Shown piece by piece: positions 12,610 to 26,328 of a stretch of 64,000 nucleotides of DNA. The translations under genes and the position numbers were made by a program. The stretch comes from Utricularia gibba. Its lineage: Eukaryota; Plantae; Magnoliophyta. The stretch lies in the NCBI GenBank assembly GCA_002189035.1, contig NEEC01000010.1, forward strand, positions 1,302,001 through 1,366,000, given 5' to 3'. Each line of letters begins with the position of its first letter. Positions within the stretch are counted from its first letter, which is position 1. A model generated the notes under the pieces. That model searched no databases. It had not been told where the DNA came from and saw only the letters and a program-made list of their open reading frames with translations.

Positions 12610-13181
12610 GAAGTCTAATTTACGAATTTCATTTTCCAGTTCTCCATTCGTCTCCATCGGCGCCCTCTGCTGTCTGCAGTGTTGTTCTTCATCCTACTCC
12701 CCCGACAGCCAGGCAAGCTTGGTTGCTTCTTGTTTTGTATTCCTTCTCTGTATTTACTTTTTGGTGATTTTTCAAGATTGTTGTTAGGTTTTTTTGAAGA
12801 GTGTATGGTTGTGTATTGTGGCAACACCTCTTATTACGGCATTAAGCTTGTTAGATTTCATTGTTTTCGGTTTGATTGGAGGTTTTTTTTTTCTCTGAGG
12901 AAATCTTTTGGAAATTGAAAATACTTGAAGGTTTCATTATTGGTGTGTCCTTTCACTCCCTGTCTCTCCCTAATAGTTTTGGCCAATGCTTTTCTGCCCA
13001 GTTCTGCTCTGCTCGGTTGTGCGTTGCTTCTGAACGCGATTTTTTTCATTGGCTGCTCTACGTGAATCACTAGTTCAATTTCTTGTGGTTGAATGATGGT
13101 ATTCATTTCTATATTGCTGTCAAAACTGATGCAGCGATTGTAAGCTTGGTGTAGCTGGACGTAAAGTGAACCTGCTTTGGG

Positions 13182-15658
13182 ATGTCTTATGGTGGACTTG
13201 CAGTGGCTCCGGCTGCATCAACTGCAGGTGGGCCTGCAGCCAGGCAGGTGAAGTTGGATAAAGAATGTGAGCTGAGGGTAGAAGTGGGTCCTGATTCTCC
13301 TCTTCGCCTCCGCTTGATCAATGGGACTGCAGAGATTTTCGGTACCGAACTTCCGCTGGAAATTTGGTTGACTTTCCCCCCGCACCTCAAATTCGCTGTA
13401 GGTTTTGTAAATCCCAGGGTTTTGCCATGTATTATCTAAGCCTTTTAGTTATTTTAACTTCCACTTGGCACCAGACATCTTTTTTCTGTCGATGATGAGT
13501 GACTATGAATCGAATTTATAGATTAGGCAAGGCAGTGAAAGTGTTTCAATAAAACCAAGGGCATGTTTGAACAGGTATGGGTTTGATCAATTTGATGGTC
13601 TTCGCAAAACATTTTGTTTTATACATGTAGGTTTTTACCTGGTATGGTGCTACAGTTGAAATGGAAGGCTCAACGGAAACAGATTACACAGTAGATGAGG
13701 TCTTTTATCATTCTGGATCATCATATTTGGGAACCTTCACCAGTTTATATGTGTTTCCAGCCTTTTTCCATGCAATTGTACTTACTCTAATTCTAATTAC
13801 CCTTTAGACACCCATGATCAGCTATGTAAACGTGCATGCTGTGCTGGATGCTCGAAGGCATCGAGCAAAAGCTTCAATTGCTGAATCTGATGTCTCTCAG
13901 GTAATTATGTGTGGAGTCTTTTGATTTCTTTTTGTACGTGCTGTACTTCTCAATGTTTTGCGACCCCAGATAAGGATCCATTGAGAAAGTTTTTCATTTA
14001 GTTCTTATATTGCATGATCCACTTTCAAAAATTAATTGTAGGGACCAAGGGTCATCATTGTTGGACCAACTGATTCAGGAAAGAGCACATTATCGAGAAT
14101 GCTACTTAGTTGGGCTGCTAAGCAGGGCTGGAAGCCTACTTTTGTAGATTTAGACATTGGTCAAGGATCAATAACAATACCTGGATGCATAGCCGCAACA
14201 CCAGTTGAATTACCTGTTGATCCAGTGGAGGGAATTCCTCTTGACATGCCCTTGGTGTATTTCCATGGGCATGCGACTCCCAGGTATCATTACATGAGTC
14301 TATTTCATGTAGGGGCTATATCCCTTAATCCTAGCATCTTCCTCTCGCCCACATTTTTCCTTAATTTTATTTTTTTCATTTGGTGTCTTAAGTGCCAATG
14401 TAGAACATTACAAGGTATTGGTGTGGGAGCTCGCCCAGGTTTTAGAGAGGCAGTTTGCAGGGAGCACTGAATCTAGAGCCGCAGGCATGGTGATTAACAC
14501 AATGGGATGGGTCGAAGGTGTTGGTTATGAGGTATTCATTGTTGTTTGTTGGATGTCAACTTCTGTGGTTGCTTCTTTATGTCTTATTTCTTTACATGAT
14601 ATTTGCAGCTGCTGCTTCATGCAATTGATACATTCAGTGCATCAGTAGTCCTTGTACTGGGTCAGGTATCTGGTTAGCTTACAAAAATGAAACATGACAT
14701 CTGCTATTGATGGGATATTAAGCACATGATGAGAGTCTGATCATTTGCTTGCCTACAATGTGCGAACTTTGTAATCCTGTCTGTGCTTTTCAGCATGTCT
14801 GTTGCATAGATTCACTTGGCTTTGTCTTTTGGCATGCTTTATATATGAATTATTTCTAATTTTCTGCAGGAAAAGCTATGGAGTATGCTTAAAGATGTCC
14901 TGAAAAATAAAGATAATGTCGATGTAGTAAAGCTTCAGAAGTCTGGTGGTGTTGTTTCTAGAAGCATGAAAGTCCGTCAGAAAGCCCGGGCCTTTAAAAT
15001 ACGTGTAATGCTCCTACTTCTTGCTTGTTTCCCGTATTCGTTTTTGATAAATTTCTTTTTAATTTTAAAGCTTTTTTTGTATACAGGAGTACTTCTATGG
15101 CATCTCCAACGATCTATCACCTCATTCAAACATCGCGAATTTCAGTGATTTGTGCATATATCGAGTTGGTGGTGGACCACAAGCCCCACGGTCTGCTCTC
15201 CCTGTTGGGGCAGAACCTGCTGCAGATCCCACAAGGCTGATTCCAGTTAGTGTTAACCGGGACTTGCTGCATCTAGTTCTAGCAGTCTCATTTGCCCAGG
15301 AGCCTGAAAGTATCGTGTCTAGGTATTAACACAGACATTCTTACAGTCTCACAGAACACCCCCAAAAAATAGTATGACTTGCTTTTTCCCTAAATGAGAA
15401 GCTAGAGTTAAATTCTTCATTGTGGTTTTCATGACAGCAATGTTGCTGGGTTCATCTGGATCACCGACATCAACCTTGAAAGGTACTAATGCTTTCGATT
15501 TGCTGGTTGTTTTCTCCAAGTATATGAAGTGTGCTGTTTCATATCCTACCTATTTCTGCAACTTACGCAGCCAGAAAGTCACTTACCTCTCACCCTCTGC
15601 TGGAAACCTCCCCGGCAAATATCTGATCGTCGGTGGTATCACTTGGTATGAACCCTGA
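13182..15658 (+). CDS. CLP1: CLP1 homolog (polynucleotide 5'-kinase, pre-mRNA 3'-processing; CLPS3-like), 10 exons
   Basis: VKLDKECELRVEVG..GTAEIFGTEL; Walker A GPTDSGKST; DLDIGQGSITIPG; INTMGW; QKSGGVVSR; EYFYG..LSPH; last exon TYLSPSAGNLPGKYLIVGGITWYEP*. All junctions I checked are GT-AG and in phase. Confidence 0.95.
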
Positions 15659-17160
15659 ACCATTTCACGGTGGGCTCCTGCGCCATCCGAAGCTACATTA
15701 GAATTTGTGATCATTAGCTTTGTTGTAAACATGAAAAGTCCTCCTCTTGGTCTGTAGCGGCTGTTTGTTCACAATCCTGAAGTAGATTACATTGATCATT
15801 AACTTAGAACCCTTGCCATGTACACTTCCTTCAGCTTTTTTAAGATCTCAAACAAGCTTCATTTATGCATTGAACAAGTATATTTTAATGATCGGACAAT
15901 AAACATGATTGACAAGAACTTGTCACGGACATGCTGCACTATATATGAACAACAGAGTTTCCAACTGTCCTTTGATTCATTCCTTTTTGGGTTCAGAAGA
16001 TCGTGCCTGAGAAAGTCAAGATTGAGTTCTAATACTCAATCTACACAAGGATAAAAAAGATTGAGTTGGTAAAATACATATTTTAAGGAATATGAGTTAG
16101 TAAAATGTCTCAAGTAAAAAAAAAAAATATTAATAAAATATGTGTGTTTTTGTAAAATATAAATTGTAAATTGATTGTCTTGATTGTGTAAGATTTCATT
16201 GTTATTTTAGTGAATGAGTTGTAAAATTAATTCATTTTCCCTTTCCCCATTGATATATATACCTCATTTATTAATTCCACTGCTATTCTATTGAATGAAT
16301 TGTAAAATTAATTTCTTTTTCATCCTCATCAGATTATATACTTTACTTTATTCTTCATATTTTAGATTTTACCTCAAGAGTGATCTTGTGATTCCTTCTC
16401 TTTGGTTTTATTTGTTTTCTCAATGTTCAATCCAAACTTTGTATTCAGCTACCTGATTCTCAAATCAATGACCAAAGTTATAATGAAATTTTATGTCAAA
16501 GGGTCGATATTGAGTAATTCATCGATCTATTATATGTATGTTTTATAATCGATGAAAATCTTAACAGTAAAACGTACACATTTTTTAGAACAAATTATTA
16601 AAAACTATTAAAATTAAATTAAGAATCATAATGAATTATGATAATATTTGATTATGTGTCAAGTTCTACAATATCAATTCTTGCACTACAACTTACATTA
16701 ATATTAGTAATTTAATAGATTTTTCTTTCATTATGGACTATAACAATTCTGATAAATCTGGTACAAAATGTGTATTTTACAAATAATTTCTAACATTGGG
16801 TATTTTATCAATGATTTTTTCTAAAATATATATTTTGCCAATTTTCTCTAAAAAAGAATAAATAAATAAAGTTGATTAGAGCAATAAGTAGACTGACCAT
16901 ATTAAGTTGGAATGTGTTACATTACCTAATGAGCCATGTAATGTAAGTTAAGGGATATAGACTTATTGGAGAAATGAAAAATATTTAAGGGAAAGAAATC
17001 AATGATGAGGAATCTTGATTAAATTAACAGATTATATTCAAATCAAAGTTCAATATTTTAGGAAATACTTTAGAGTCAAGAATTAACTTGAACCATTTTT
17101 TGTTATTTAAATTTTATCTTGGTACTCTTTTGATATAGTTTGAAGAATCCAATTACATTA

Positions 17161-18112
17161 GGGCGCGTTTGGTTGGTGGGTTTGGTCTAAACTCAGGTTT
17201 AGTTTATTTGAGTTTAGATAACCGGATTTCATGGGTTTAAAGGGTGTAATCCGTGTTTGGTTGACGGGTTTAGATTATTTGGGTTTAAGATGAATACACA
17301 TTTGGTACGTGAGTTTAAAATTAGGTTTGTGATGATTTTTCATATGAAATTACTAATATACCCTTTAGTTAATTAAAATAAATTATCATATATTTTATTT
17401 TTCTATATTATTTTATAAGTTCAATCGAGCATCGCATAACATAAATTACGGTGCTTAGTTGAAACTTTATTTTATAACAAGCACTGAGTAATAATAGACA
17501 CGATGCTCGTCTTTAAAACAAAAATTCATATTTTACAGCAAGCACCGGATAATAATATACGCAGTGCTTGTCTTCAAAACAAAAACTCACATTCAATACA
17601 AAAAATGAAAACCCACAATATTGGACATAATATTATTACTTTATCTTTATTTTTTTCTTTGTCTTCATCTTTATTTTATTCTTCTTATTCTTCTTCTTCT
17701 TCCTCTTCTTCTTCTTCATTTTATTCTTCTTCCTTTTCTTCTTCTTCTTCTTATTCTTCTTCAATAGATTTGAACAGATTTAAACAAATCTGTTACAGAT
17801 CTGAATAAATATGCTATAGATTTATAGGAATTTTAAATTTCAAAAAAATTGGTAAACAGATCTATACATTTGGTTTCTGGCAAATCTGCGTTCAAATATG
17901 GTTCACGCGAGGACAAAAGTGGAAGCACCAAGCTGGGTTTAGCTAAATCGACCTCCCCCCTTGGGTTTAGCTAAACCCAGTTCCACGAATTCCCGCTCGG
18001 TTTATGGTCAACAAGTGTGTTTATTTTTAATCAATTGAAACCTAGGAATCAAACGTGATTTATATCTAAACCCATATCACAACTCATCTAAACCCAGCAA
18101 CCAAAAGCACAC
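17161..18112. mobile_element. Non-autonomous PIF/Harbinger (Tourist-like) element, 952 bp
   Basis: TTA at 17158-17160 and at 18113-18115 (TSD). Terminal IR GGGCGCGTTTGGTTGG versus GCAACCAAAAGCACAC (12/16). Subterminal GGGTTT/AAACCC arrays at both ends, an internal 61-bp tandem duplication (17478, 17539) and a TTC tract. No transposase ORF. Confidence 0.8.
17679..17762. repeat. Imperfect (TTC)n microsatellite inside the Harbinger element
   Basis: Directly visible. It explains the poly-Ser spurious ORF 17503-17808. Confidence 0.9.
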
Positions 18113-18527
18113 TTAGTGTGAGATTGCCATCCACCTTCTTCCTACTGTAACCCAGGGAACGCTGAGCGACATCGGGCACTGGTCGTAGCCACCAGGGAGA
18201 CCGATGATTTTAAGGAGCATAACGAACCGAAGCAACACACGTTTTCTTCATGGAGTTGACATCACTAGAACAAGCGATTATGTAACACTTATTTAAATAG
18301 TGCAACAGGCACGGATCTACAAAACTCAGGCAGGCAGGCACCAAAGCAAGAGTGGAAAAAAAAAAATTACAGCGCTGCGGAGGTGATTGTGAAATAGAAA
18401 AAGGGGAGATTGAGATTAGGAGTCAGACACATTCCCTGACTCAGAGGACGCTGGATCCTCGACCTTAACTGGAGAGCTCAGGCATGGCCATGAATCTACG
18501 ATCAAAAAGCGAGGTTGGAGATGTTCA

Positions 18528-21434
18528 TTAGGTTGTATTAATGGTCATAAGTTTGCCACATCGTCTGCATTGAGAACGTACCGTGCCTGAGAGATTCAAA
18601 GGTAAGGTGCTATGGCGGCGGACAACAGGAGGGGATGATTTAGGAGGCCTGTGGAAAAGCAGATGCGCTACTGACCGATCGACTGGATTTGTATCCCTTT
18701 CAATGTTTATGAGGCAGCTGCATTGGCAAAAGAAATGCATCAGAAGCTTGGTAGTAAGGGTGGGGACGATGTAAGCCAGTCATGGAATTCAAGAACAAAA
18801 TCACATGCCTAGTTGTTTCATCAGAGATGACGGAAGTGCTTGTGCCATTGTCATCGCCATGATGGCTGTTTGATTTTGCATAATTATTCCTCTGTTCAGC
18901 ACTGTAGGCCAGGCGATATAGGCTATCTCTAATGCATAACTTCGTCCTCACGTCCAACTGATACAGGAGAGGCAACAGCAATGAGCATAGACAAATCAAG
19001 GCTGCTGATATATTTTTTTAAATAAAAAAAACTTCAAAACGTGGTTCACAGGCACAAATGAAGTTGATGTCCCAAATGATGCTTCATTCGATTCACTAAA
19101 ACTAGATGTATGCAAGAAAGTTTATTTCACAGGTCCCATCAGACAATGCAATACTAGCTCGCACCAAAAATTTTTGGAATAACTCCAAAAATCATATAAC
19201 AGGGGCATCCAAGTCCAATTATTGCAAAGGTGTTACTTTACCGTATCCATAACGCGTTGAAGCTGGTGAAAACTAGAAGCATCAAAAGAGATATTATCGA
19301 CAGCAGGAGATGACGACAAGCCCTGCCGTGAATTTGAGGAAGAGCCTGTTTCTGGATAGTAGCATGGTCGACACCTATTTTATCAGTGTGATTCTCACAT
19401 TTTATTCCAGAATATAGATTTTGCTTCCCATTCAAGCCAATGTAAACTTCTGTCCTCAACTTTTCACCTGCACACTTCGTAAAATTAGTTACGAAAAATG
19501 GCTGCCTTGACACTAACTTTTCACTTTTCTTACCGCCTGAGAGATCATAACAACGAGGGACATGGGAGGTTTCTTTTTTTCGAGATAGAATGGATGCAGG
19601 AGAAGAATCAATTGGTGAACAGGGATTGACGCCATGATTCCCAGATCCCACATCAGCTTTTGTTGGATCTATTTCAGCTTCACTAGAGATAGGAATCTTG
19701 TCTGATCCAGAAAATGAGACGGAGTTCAGAAAATAATGACATGGTGATGGAGCAGAAGCTTCATCTGGATTCTGGTTAACGGAAACTGGAAATTGCTGAC
19801 AATACGGTGCATTACAAGCTTGTCCAGTGTTACCATTGGGTAGGCCATTCGCATATCTAGGATCATTTTTGACTTCATGATCTTTTCCTGTTACCATAGT
19901 GTGCTTCTTCGGATTGCATTCCTTTCCTTGCTCATTTATCTGCAACTAAACATAATTTTTTTTAAGCTTAATCAGAATAAAAGCTTAATCATCTACGTCT
20001 TCTCTAAAGCTTCACAAACTTTAAAGACGCATGCTTCCACGACTTATTGCAGGCATCCCCTATAGGGACAGTTTTCGTGAGGCGTGGATCCTTGGAAGCA
20101 AAATTAAGCATTGATTCATTGACATAGCAATATTCGAGAATTACTTAACTAAAACACTATGCAAAACCATATCATTAAACATGCAACAGGAAATAAGAAT
20201 TGCGAGCAAGGTACCTGTTCAATGGGTAGAAAATCATCTGCAGCATCCATAACAAGCCGATCGACAACACATCTAAATGAATCAGATTTGTCTACCGTCC
20301 AGGTACTGTCTCTGGTTTCAACAAGTACATTTCTCAAAGGATTGCCATTTACAGAATCACTCTTTAAAGAGTGATGGTTTACTAAAACATCATCTGCTAT
20401 GTTGGATTCAGGAAATAGAGACTCCAAACCTGACTTCATTAACTCCTCTGATCCAATGAGATTACAAATTGTTGGAAACAAATCTGCCTCAACTTCTGTG
20501 CTGAGTCCAACACCAAATGTTGAATCACAACTTCTTGAATATAGAACATACTGTATAAGGACAAAAACAACATAAAAATATTCATGAACTTTTGAGAAAA
20601 TCACGTTACCTAAACATCTTGTCGGCATCCTCAAAATCTCCTATTTCAGGCCATCCATAAGACAAAAGATCACTTGCATCTTTGCACCCAATCTCAAAAA
20701 ATCCAATATTATCAACTGCGTCATTTATGTCATCAAGGTAACTGAAAGAGTCATTATGAACTGCAGTGCCTTTGTCATCAAGAATGCTCTTCTCATTTGC
20801 ACAAAAGTCATTACCACCTTTTTCCAAATCACAACTTTCAAATGCACGAGGCGAAGGTGAAGAATTATCAGAAGATAAAGTTGCGGTTCTGTTACTATCA
20901 GCTGAAGAAGGAAGCAATTTACTCTGCATATGAGTCCACGAATGTTTTTCAGACATTACATTCCTTCTTTTACCCAGGGTTAGAATGCCCCATTCATCCT
21001 CGTCGTCCTCATTACTATTACAACTATTTTTCCTTTGTTGATGCCAACGCTTCTTTAGGTTATTATGGCCACGAATAAGATGATCATCAGTGCTTTGGGC
21101 ATCAGTGAAGTAGAAATCATCCCAATCTGTCTCTTCAAACTGTAAGAACAGTTTAAGAGTTTTGAAAACAACAAGGGAGATAAAGAACGTCTAAAGTTTA
21201 TGAAACTAGTTCCAACTCGAACGCATAAAGCCTGTGACTAAACCGATGACAAAATATGAACATTATTATCTCCTTAAACAAATAATGTCTGACTCTCTGA
21301 ATAAAACCTTGATCGAGAGCCATTTAGGCTACTAGTGAAGTAATCGCATAATCTTCATTATCACATATACTCAGACAATCATCCTGGAATAGAGTTTGCA
21401 GATGACTTACATGATTAAGGCGAAAATCTGTCAT
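18528..21434 (-). CDS. LNK1: LNK1-like clock co-activator (NIGHT LIGHT-INDUCIBLE AND CLOCK-REGULATED); apparent 1-nt frame break near 19354
   Basis: 24-nt first exon MTDFRLNH (21411-21434) spliced to FEETDWDDF. Conserved LNK blocks: DLLSYGWPEIGDFEDADKMFR|SCDSTFG; DNISFDASSFHQLQRVMDT|LDVRTKLCIRDSLYRLA; TNPVDRSVAHLLFHRP. Confidence 0.88.
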
Positions 21435-21919
21435 TCCTGGAAGTATTCAATCAGGACTGAAAGCGTATAAAGTTTCCATCAGATGAATATGCAAAAACAG
21501 CCGTTCACCTCCATCCACCAAAGCAACACGTCATGAACAAAGATATTAGGGATCATAATGGAATCGTCAACATAGCAAAACCCAATCAGCGAAAAAAGAT
21601 AATGATCTATACAACTAGACGTTTAAACTGACCGAAGAAAAATGAAAAGGGGGCCAGCGGATAAACAAAAAACCAAACAAGGCTAGCTTATGATCTCCGA
21701 AAACTCACCGTAAAAGCATTAAAATTTCCGAAACAAGAAAAGCAATTCCGAACTAAAACCAGGAACTTCCAGAGATTGCTTCAAACACAACGCGACGATC
21801 CAAATCTGAAGGTTTCGGGGACGGCGAAACGAGACAGTCCAAGGAGCAAGTGGAGAATCTTTTTTTCTTTTCTGGTTGGGAGGAGGAAAAGCAAAAAACG
21901 ACGAGCCCTTTGATCGCTC

Positions 21920-21929
21920 GCCACGTGGC
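21920..21929. promoter_or_regulatory. Palindromic G-box GCCACGTGGC upstream of LNK1
   Basis: Perfect 10-bp palindrome about 490 bp upstream of the LNK1 ATG. G-boxes are typical of light/clock-regulated promoters. Confidence 0.55.
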
Positions 21930-22871
21930 AAAGAGATCAGGATTGAGTTAGTGGTGGGCCCGCAGGGACACCAAACTCGTGGTGGAGAAGCCCGGTGGCT
22001 CGGATACGATCTGTTTAAGCCGAGTCATTCGTCCACGTATTTCCGGATCGGACCTCTTTCCAGGTCGAATTAAGAAAATAAAATTTAAATAATTATTTTA
22101 TTTTTTTTATAATTTATTGTAAAAATAATTAAATCTAAAATCATAAGTAAATCTAATAACATATTGAATCAGATAATTAATATAAATGTGTAAAATAAAT
22201 ACCAAATAATAAGAAAGTGTTTTATACTGTAGTATAAAAGATTTATACTCAAATTTACGTATAAATCATTGTTTTGATTAATTAGTATACAATATATCAT
22301 ACTTATATGACTATAACATTTACATATTCATTTTTAAATATTTATGTGATATACACAAATAGAGGAGGGGGGATTAATTATCTTTATATCATTTACATAC
22401 TTAAATTTTTATTTCCGTATATCAAACTTTATATAGAATTGAGTATATACATATCAAATTACAATATAATTAAATATACTAATATATTAATATCATGTTT
22501 AATAATAATAATAATAATAAATGATTATTTAAAAAAATCTTATAAATATGAGTTGATATAAATGGAAAGGCGGCAAGAAGCATCAGTTTGAAAATAGCGC
22601 AGAATGTGGGATTTGTGGGCTATTGCCGTTGGAAGGAGGGTTCCGGATCGTAGTCGTGGCCATTGCGAATCCTTCATGTCTTCCATTTCTTACCATCCAT
22701 CCCGTTCAAGGTTCTGCGAAATTTATGGTTTCCTGTTTGCAGTTTTTGCATCACAAAATTCGATCTTCTTCAACGAAGGAAAAAAAAAAAAAATCTTGCT
22801 GAAGCGGTGGCGCCTGTGGTGCAAGGGCTTGAGCCGCCAAGGCAAAGAGGGGTGTATCAGTTTCGATACGG

Positions 22872-24153
22872 ATGGCTCGATGCTTCAGTTTCACCGGATC
22901 AGCGGATTTCCTGTACCGGAGCTTCTTTTCGTATTCCGGTCTCAGGTCTATACGGACGGATTTTTCCGATGGGACGACGATGCATTGTTGGGCACCTAAA
23001 TCGCACAAGCCCTCGAAGCCGAATCTGATTTTGGTACACGGATTTGGATCCAACGCGATGTGGCAATACGGGGAATTGCTCCACCATCTGATGCCGCGTT
23101 TCAATATCTACGTCCCCGATCTTTTATTTTTTGGCGATTCATCGACCCCGAGGCCGGAGCGGAGCGAGGAGTTCCAGGCTCAGTGCGTGATGAGAATGAT
23201 GGCGGAGCAAAACATTCAGAGGATGAGCCTTGTTGGGATAAGTTACGGCGGTTTTGTTGGGTATAGTATGGCGGCGCAGTTCCCGGATGCTGTGGAAAAG
23301 GTGGTTCTATGCTGCACCGGGGTTTGCCTCGAGGAGAACGATCTAAAATCCGGATTCTTCGAGGTTTCGGATCTCAATGAAGTTGCCGATATTCTAATGC
23401 CACAGACGCCGGAGAAATTGAGGGAATTGATGAAATTCGCGTTTTTTCGGCCGGTGAAGGGCGTTCCTTCTTGCTTCCTCTCCGATTACATTGACGTAAA
23501 TTCCTTTTTTTTTTCCCATCTTTCAGCTATCTTAAACTATTATCATCATTAAATTTTGATCTATTTGATTTGTTGTTCGCCAAGCCCAGGTTTTTTGCAC
23601 AGATCACATATCACAAAAGAAAGAGCTAATCCAAGCTTTAACCCGTGACAGACAACTCTCAAGGATTCCCAGAATACAACAGGTTTTTTTAAGTCCTTTC
23701 TGAATTTCATTCTCCTAAGCTTGTAATCAAATTCATGATTAGTAAATAAAAGGTCTTTGTTTTACAGCCATCATTGATAATATGGGGCGAGCATGACAGG
23801 ATATTTCCACTTGAGTTGGGATATCGTCTACAAAGGTTAGGATCATATAATTCCTTATGAGCATTGTGAAGAGAATAGTAAATTTGGTGCATTACGAATT
23901 TCTTTCTGGAATTCCATGTTGCGGAACGGGTCTATATACTGCTAGTGTTGTTTACGAAGAGTGAAAGTGCAGGCACATAGGGGACCATGCGAAAATCGTG
24001 GTGATAAAAAATGCGGGGCATGCTGTGAATGTGGAGAAGCCAAGGGAATTCGCAAAGCATCTGAAATCATTTCTTATTGGTTCTGAATCTCTAACTCCTC
24101 AGAGGCCCAAGGCTCTCTTCTGGAGTGCCTCCACATCCTCAGAATCCCATTAA
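22872..24153 (+). CDS. Alpha/beta hydrolase fold protein (ABHD6-like, At5g09430-type), 4 exons
   Basis: HGFG oxyanion motif, nucleophile elbow GISYG, acid in WGEHD, His in NAGHAVN. Exons join in phase; stop TAA 24151-24153. Confidence 0.93.
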
Positions 24154-24714
24154 GACCTCCAATCCCCCTTTTGTAGATAAAATTTTCCACTCTAACTTAT
24201 TCTCTGTCATTCTTTTCGATTTAGAGATATTTATGAAGTTTCTATACACGAACTCCCTTACATATTGCATCATGAAAAAGTAATATATTTCATGTGATTT
24301 TTTTTCTTTGTGGATTTTTTAACTATGCTTGTGGTACTGGCTTCGATGTATGTGCTTGTGACTGGAGATAAGATTATGTTTGGGAAATTGATAAATGAAC
24401 TATTCTCCTGCCCTGCTTCTTGGGAGGATCCTTGCATCGAGTTAAGCAGTTTCATTTGTCACTCAGCATTCTCTTTAGCTTTCCAGATGTAGATATGATC
24501 ATGCTTTGGTACGGAGATTAGGAGAAGGTTATTCCTATACTGATGCTATCACTTGAAATCGTGATCTTCTTTTTAGAAAATGGGTCAAAAGTTTACATGA
24601 CTGCAGATTATTAAGTATTGCGATGGTTGTCCAGCTGCACCAGCAAAAGAATTACAAGACCAATGCACATCATTGTTCAAAGCATCATTGAATGCTCAAC
24701 AACATGAACTTCAT

Positions 24715-26328
24715 CTATAGAGTGAATCTTTTGGAGTAAACATCGAACTTCTCAGACGAAGACAATTGGGGATCCTGCAAAATGTGACTCTTGGTGTCAG
24801 AATTTGCTCAGGTGGCCTTCATGATTTAAATTTAGATCAGACATCGCCGTATGATAACATATAGCTTGATTCTATCACGTTTATTCAGAATGATATATCA
24901 GTCAATTGTGTAACACTGAAAACTGCTACCTGTGGTAACGCTTTATGGATTACATTCTTTAGGAATGACCCCATGGGACCATTTGGAAAACGTCTTGTTT
25001 TGGCATCTCGAATGGTGTTGCCCATAGCATTTAGCAAGCGACCATATGTGATTCGGGACTCGTTTTGTGCTGCTTGGATGAAGCTGTATGTAAGTGCACC
25101 TGTTGAAGCATTCCCAGAAAATGCCTGCATATTCTCATCTAGCATCATAAGAATGCTTACATATGGGAAGGGTGTGAAGATAGTAACAAGAAATTTTGAT
25201 TATCATACACTAGAAAAGTTGCGTTTTCTATTTCCTTACCGTGGTATCAAATGAAACCTGATGATCATCGCAAGCACTTAAAGATATGGCTAGTCCACCA
25301 CTCGTCCCCTTGTAGGTGCTTGATTGACGGCCATGATCTTCCCAAGTATAGTATCCACCACTGAGGGTAAGAAAAAGGTAAGGACCAATCAACAATGGAA
25401 TGGAAGTTCTTTAGTGAAAATTTCCACCTTTTCATTCTGCATACATATTGTAGATCAAGAATAGTTCCACTATGGCATGTGTCTATTATTGCATGCAGTA
25501 TGACTCCTCTAGTTAGTGGTCTCACAATGGTTGCATTGATCTCATCATCCAATATTATGCCAGCAGTTTGGTGATCTACTGGCCATAGCACTTCATCGTA
25601 ACCATCAAGTTCATCTCCGTTGTAGTCTCGTTGTTGTGATCCATGACCGGAGAAGTGAAAAACGAGTGAGTCTCCAGATTTGCAGCCTTCAACAAGCCAT
25701 TTCAAAGCATTTCTAATGTTTTGCTTTGTTGGGATCTGGTAAGGACTCGACTCTTCTTCTGCACACAAATTACACACATGGTTTAGCTTGTTATTGAAAG
25801 AAAAAGCTTGATACTACAGCATAGAGATCTCCTATATCTTTAAGTTCTTGAATTTTCAACTTATTTCTTTACTTTACCAGAAAGAACGAGTATGGAGCCA
25901 CTGGGAAAGCCATGGATCTTCTCCAGAAAATATCTCATACAGTTGACATCATTGAGAGTTCCATTAAGCCTATGCCTCTGGCCATAGTAGCTCACTCCAC
26001 ATAACACCGCTCGCTTCTGTCCATGAGCCGAAGCAGGCGATAATGGCAACAATGGTTTTACCTTTCGTGGACTGAAGACAGATGAGCTTGAGCCGTATGT
26101 GTTGTTTGATCCAAGTAACCTTTTGATCTTTCCAGATGTTGTATCCAGAAGATCATGAAGACCATTAGCTGAATGACTAATGGCATTTTGCGCAAGATCA
26201 GGCGTATCGTTTGCTTCAACATGGGTAAGGTTGTTACATTTCACACACTGAACAAAATAAACATTTGATGGAAACACCATATAGGTGCCACAAATGCTGC
26301 ATTTCACTCCCTTCCCTGACCTTTCCAT
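24715..26328 (-). CDS. Type I metacaspase (MC1/MC3-like), copy A, 5 exons
   Basis: Prodomain zinc finger CSIC..CVKC; HGQKRAVLCGVSY; catalytic FSGHG and DTCHSG; SACDDHQ; GALTYSFIQA; last exon DPQLSSSEKFDVYSKRFTL*. Confidence 0.93.

Noticed and set aside
17001-17110. AATGATGA box C-like motif (snoRNA candidate)
   Set aside because: No CTGA box D or terminal stem within the expected distance.
17503-17808. 101-aa Ser-rich ORF
   Set aside because: It is a by-product of the TTC microsatellite inside a non-autonomous transposon.
22604-23028. Long ORFs upstream of and overlapping the hydrolase, spanning a poly-A run
   Set aside because: Changing the A-run length cannot fuse them to the hydrolase because its frame has TGA at 22830-22832. 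No recognisable homology.
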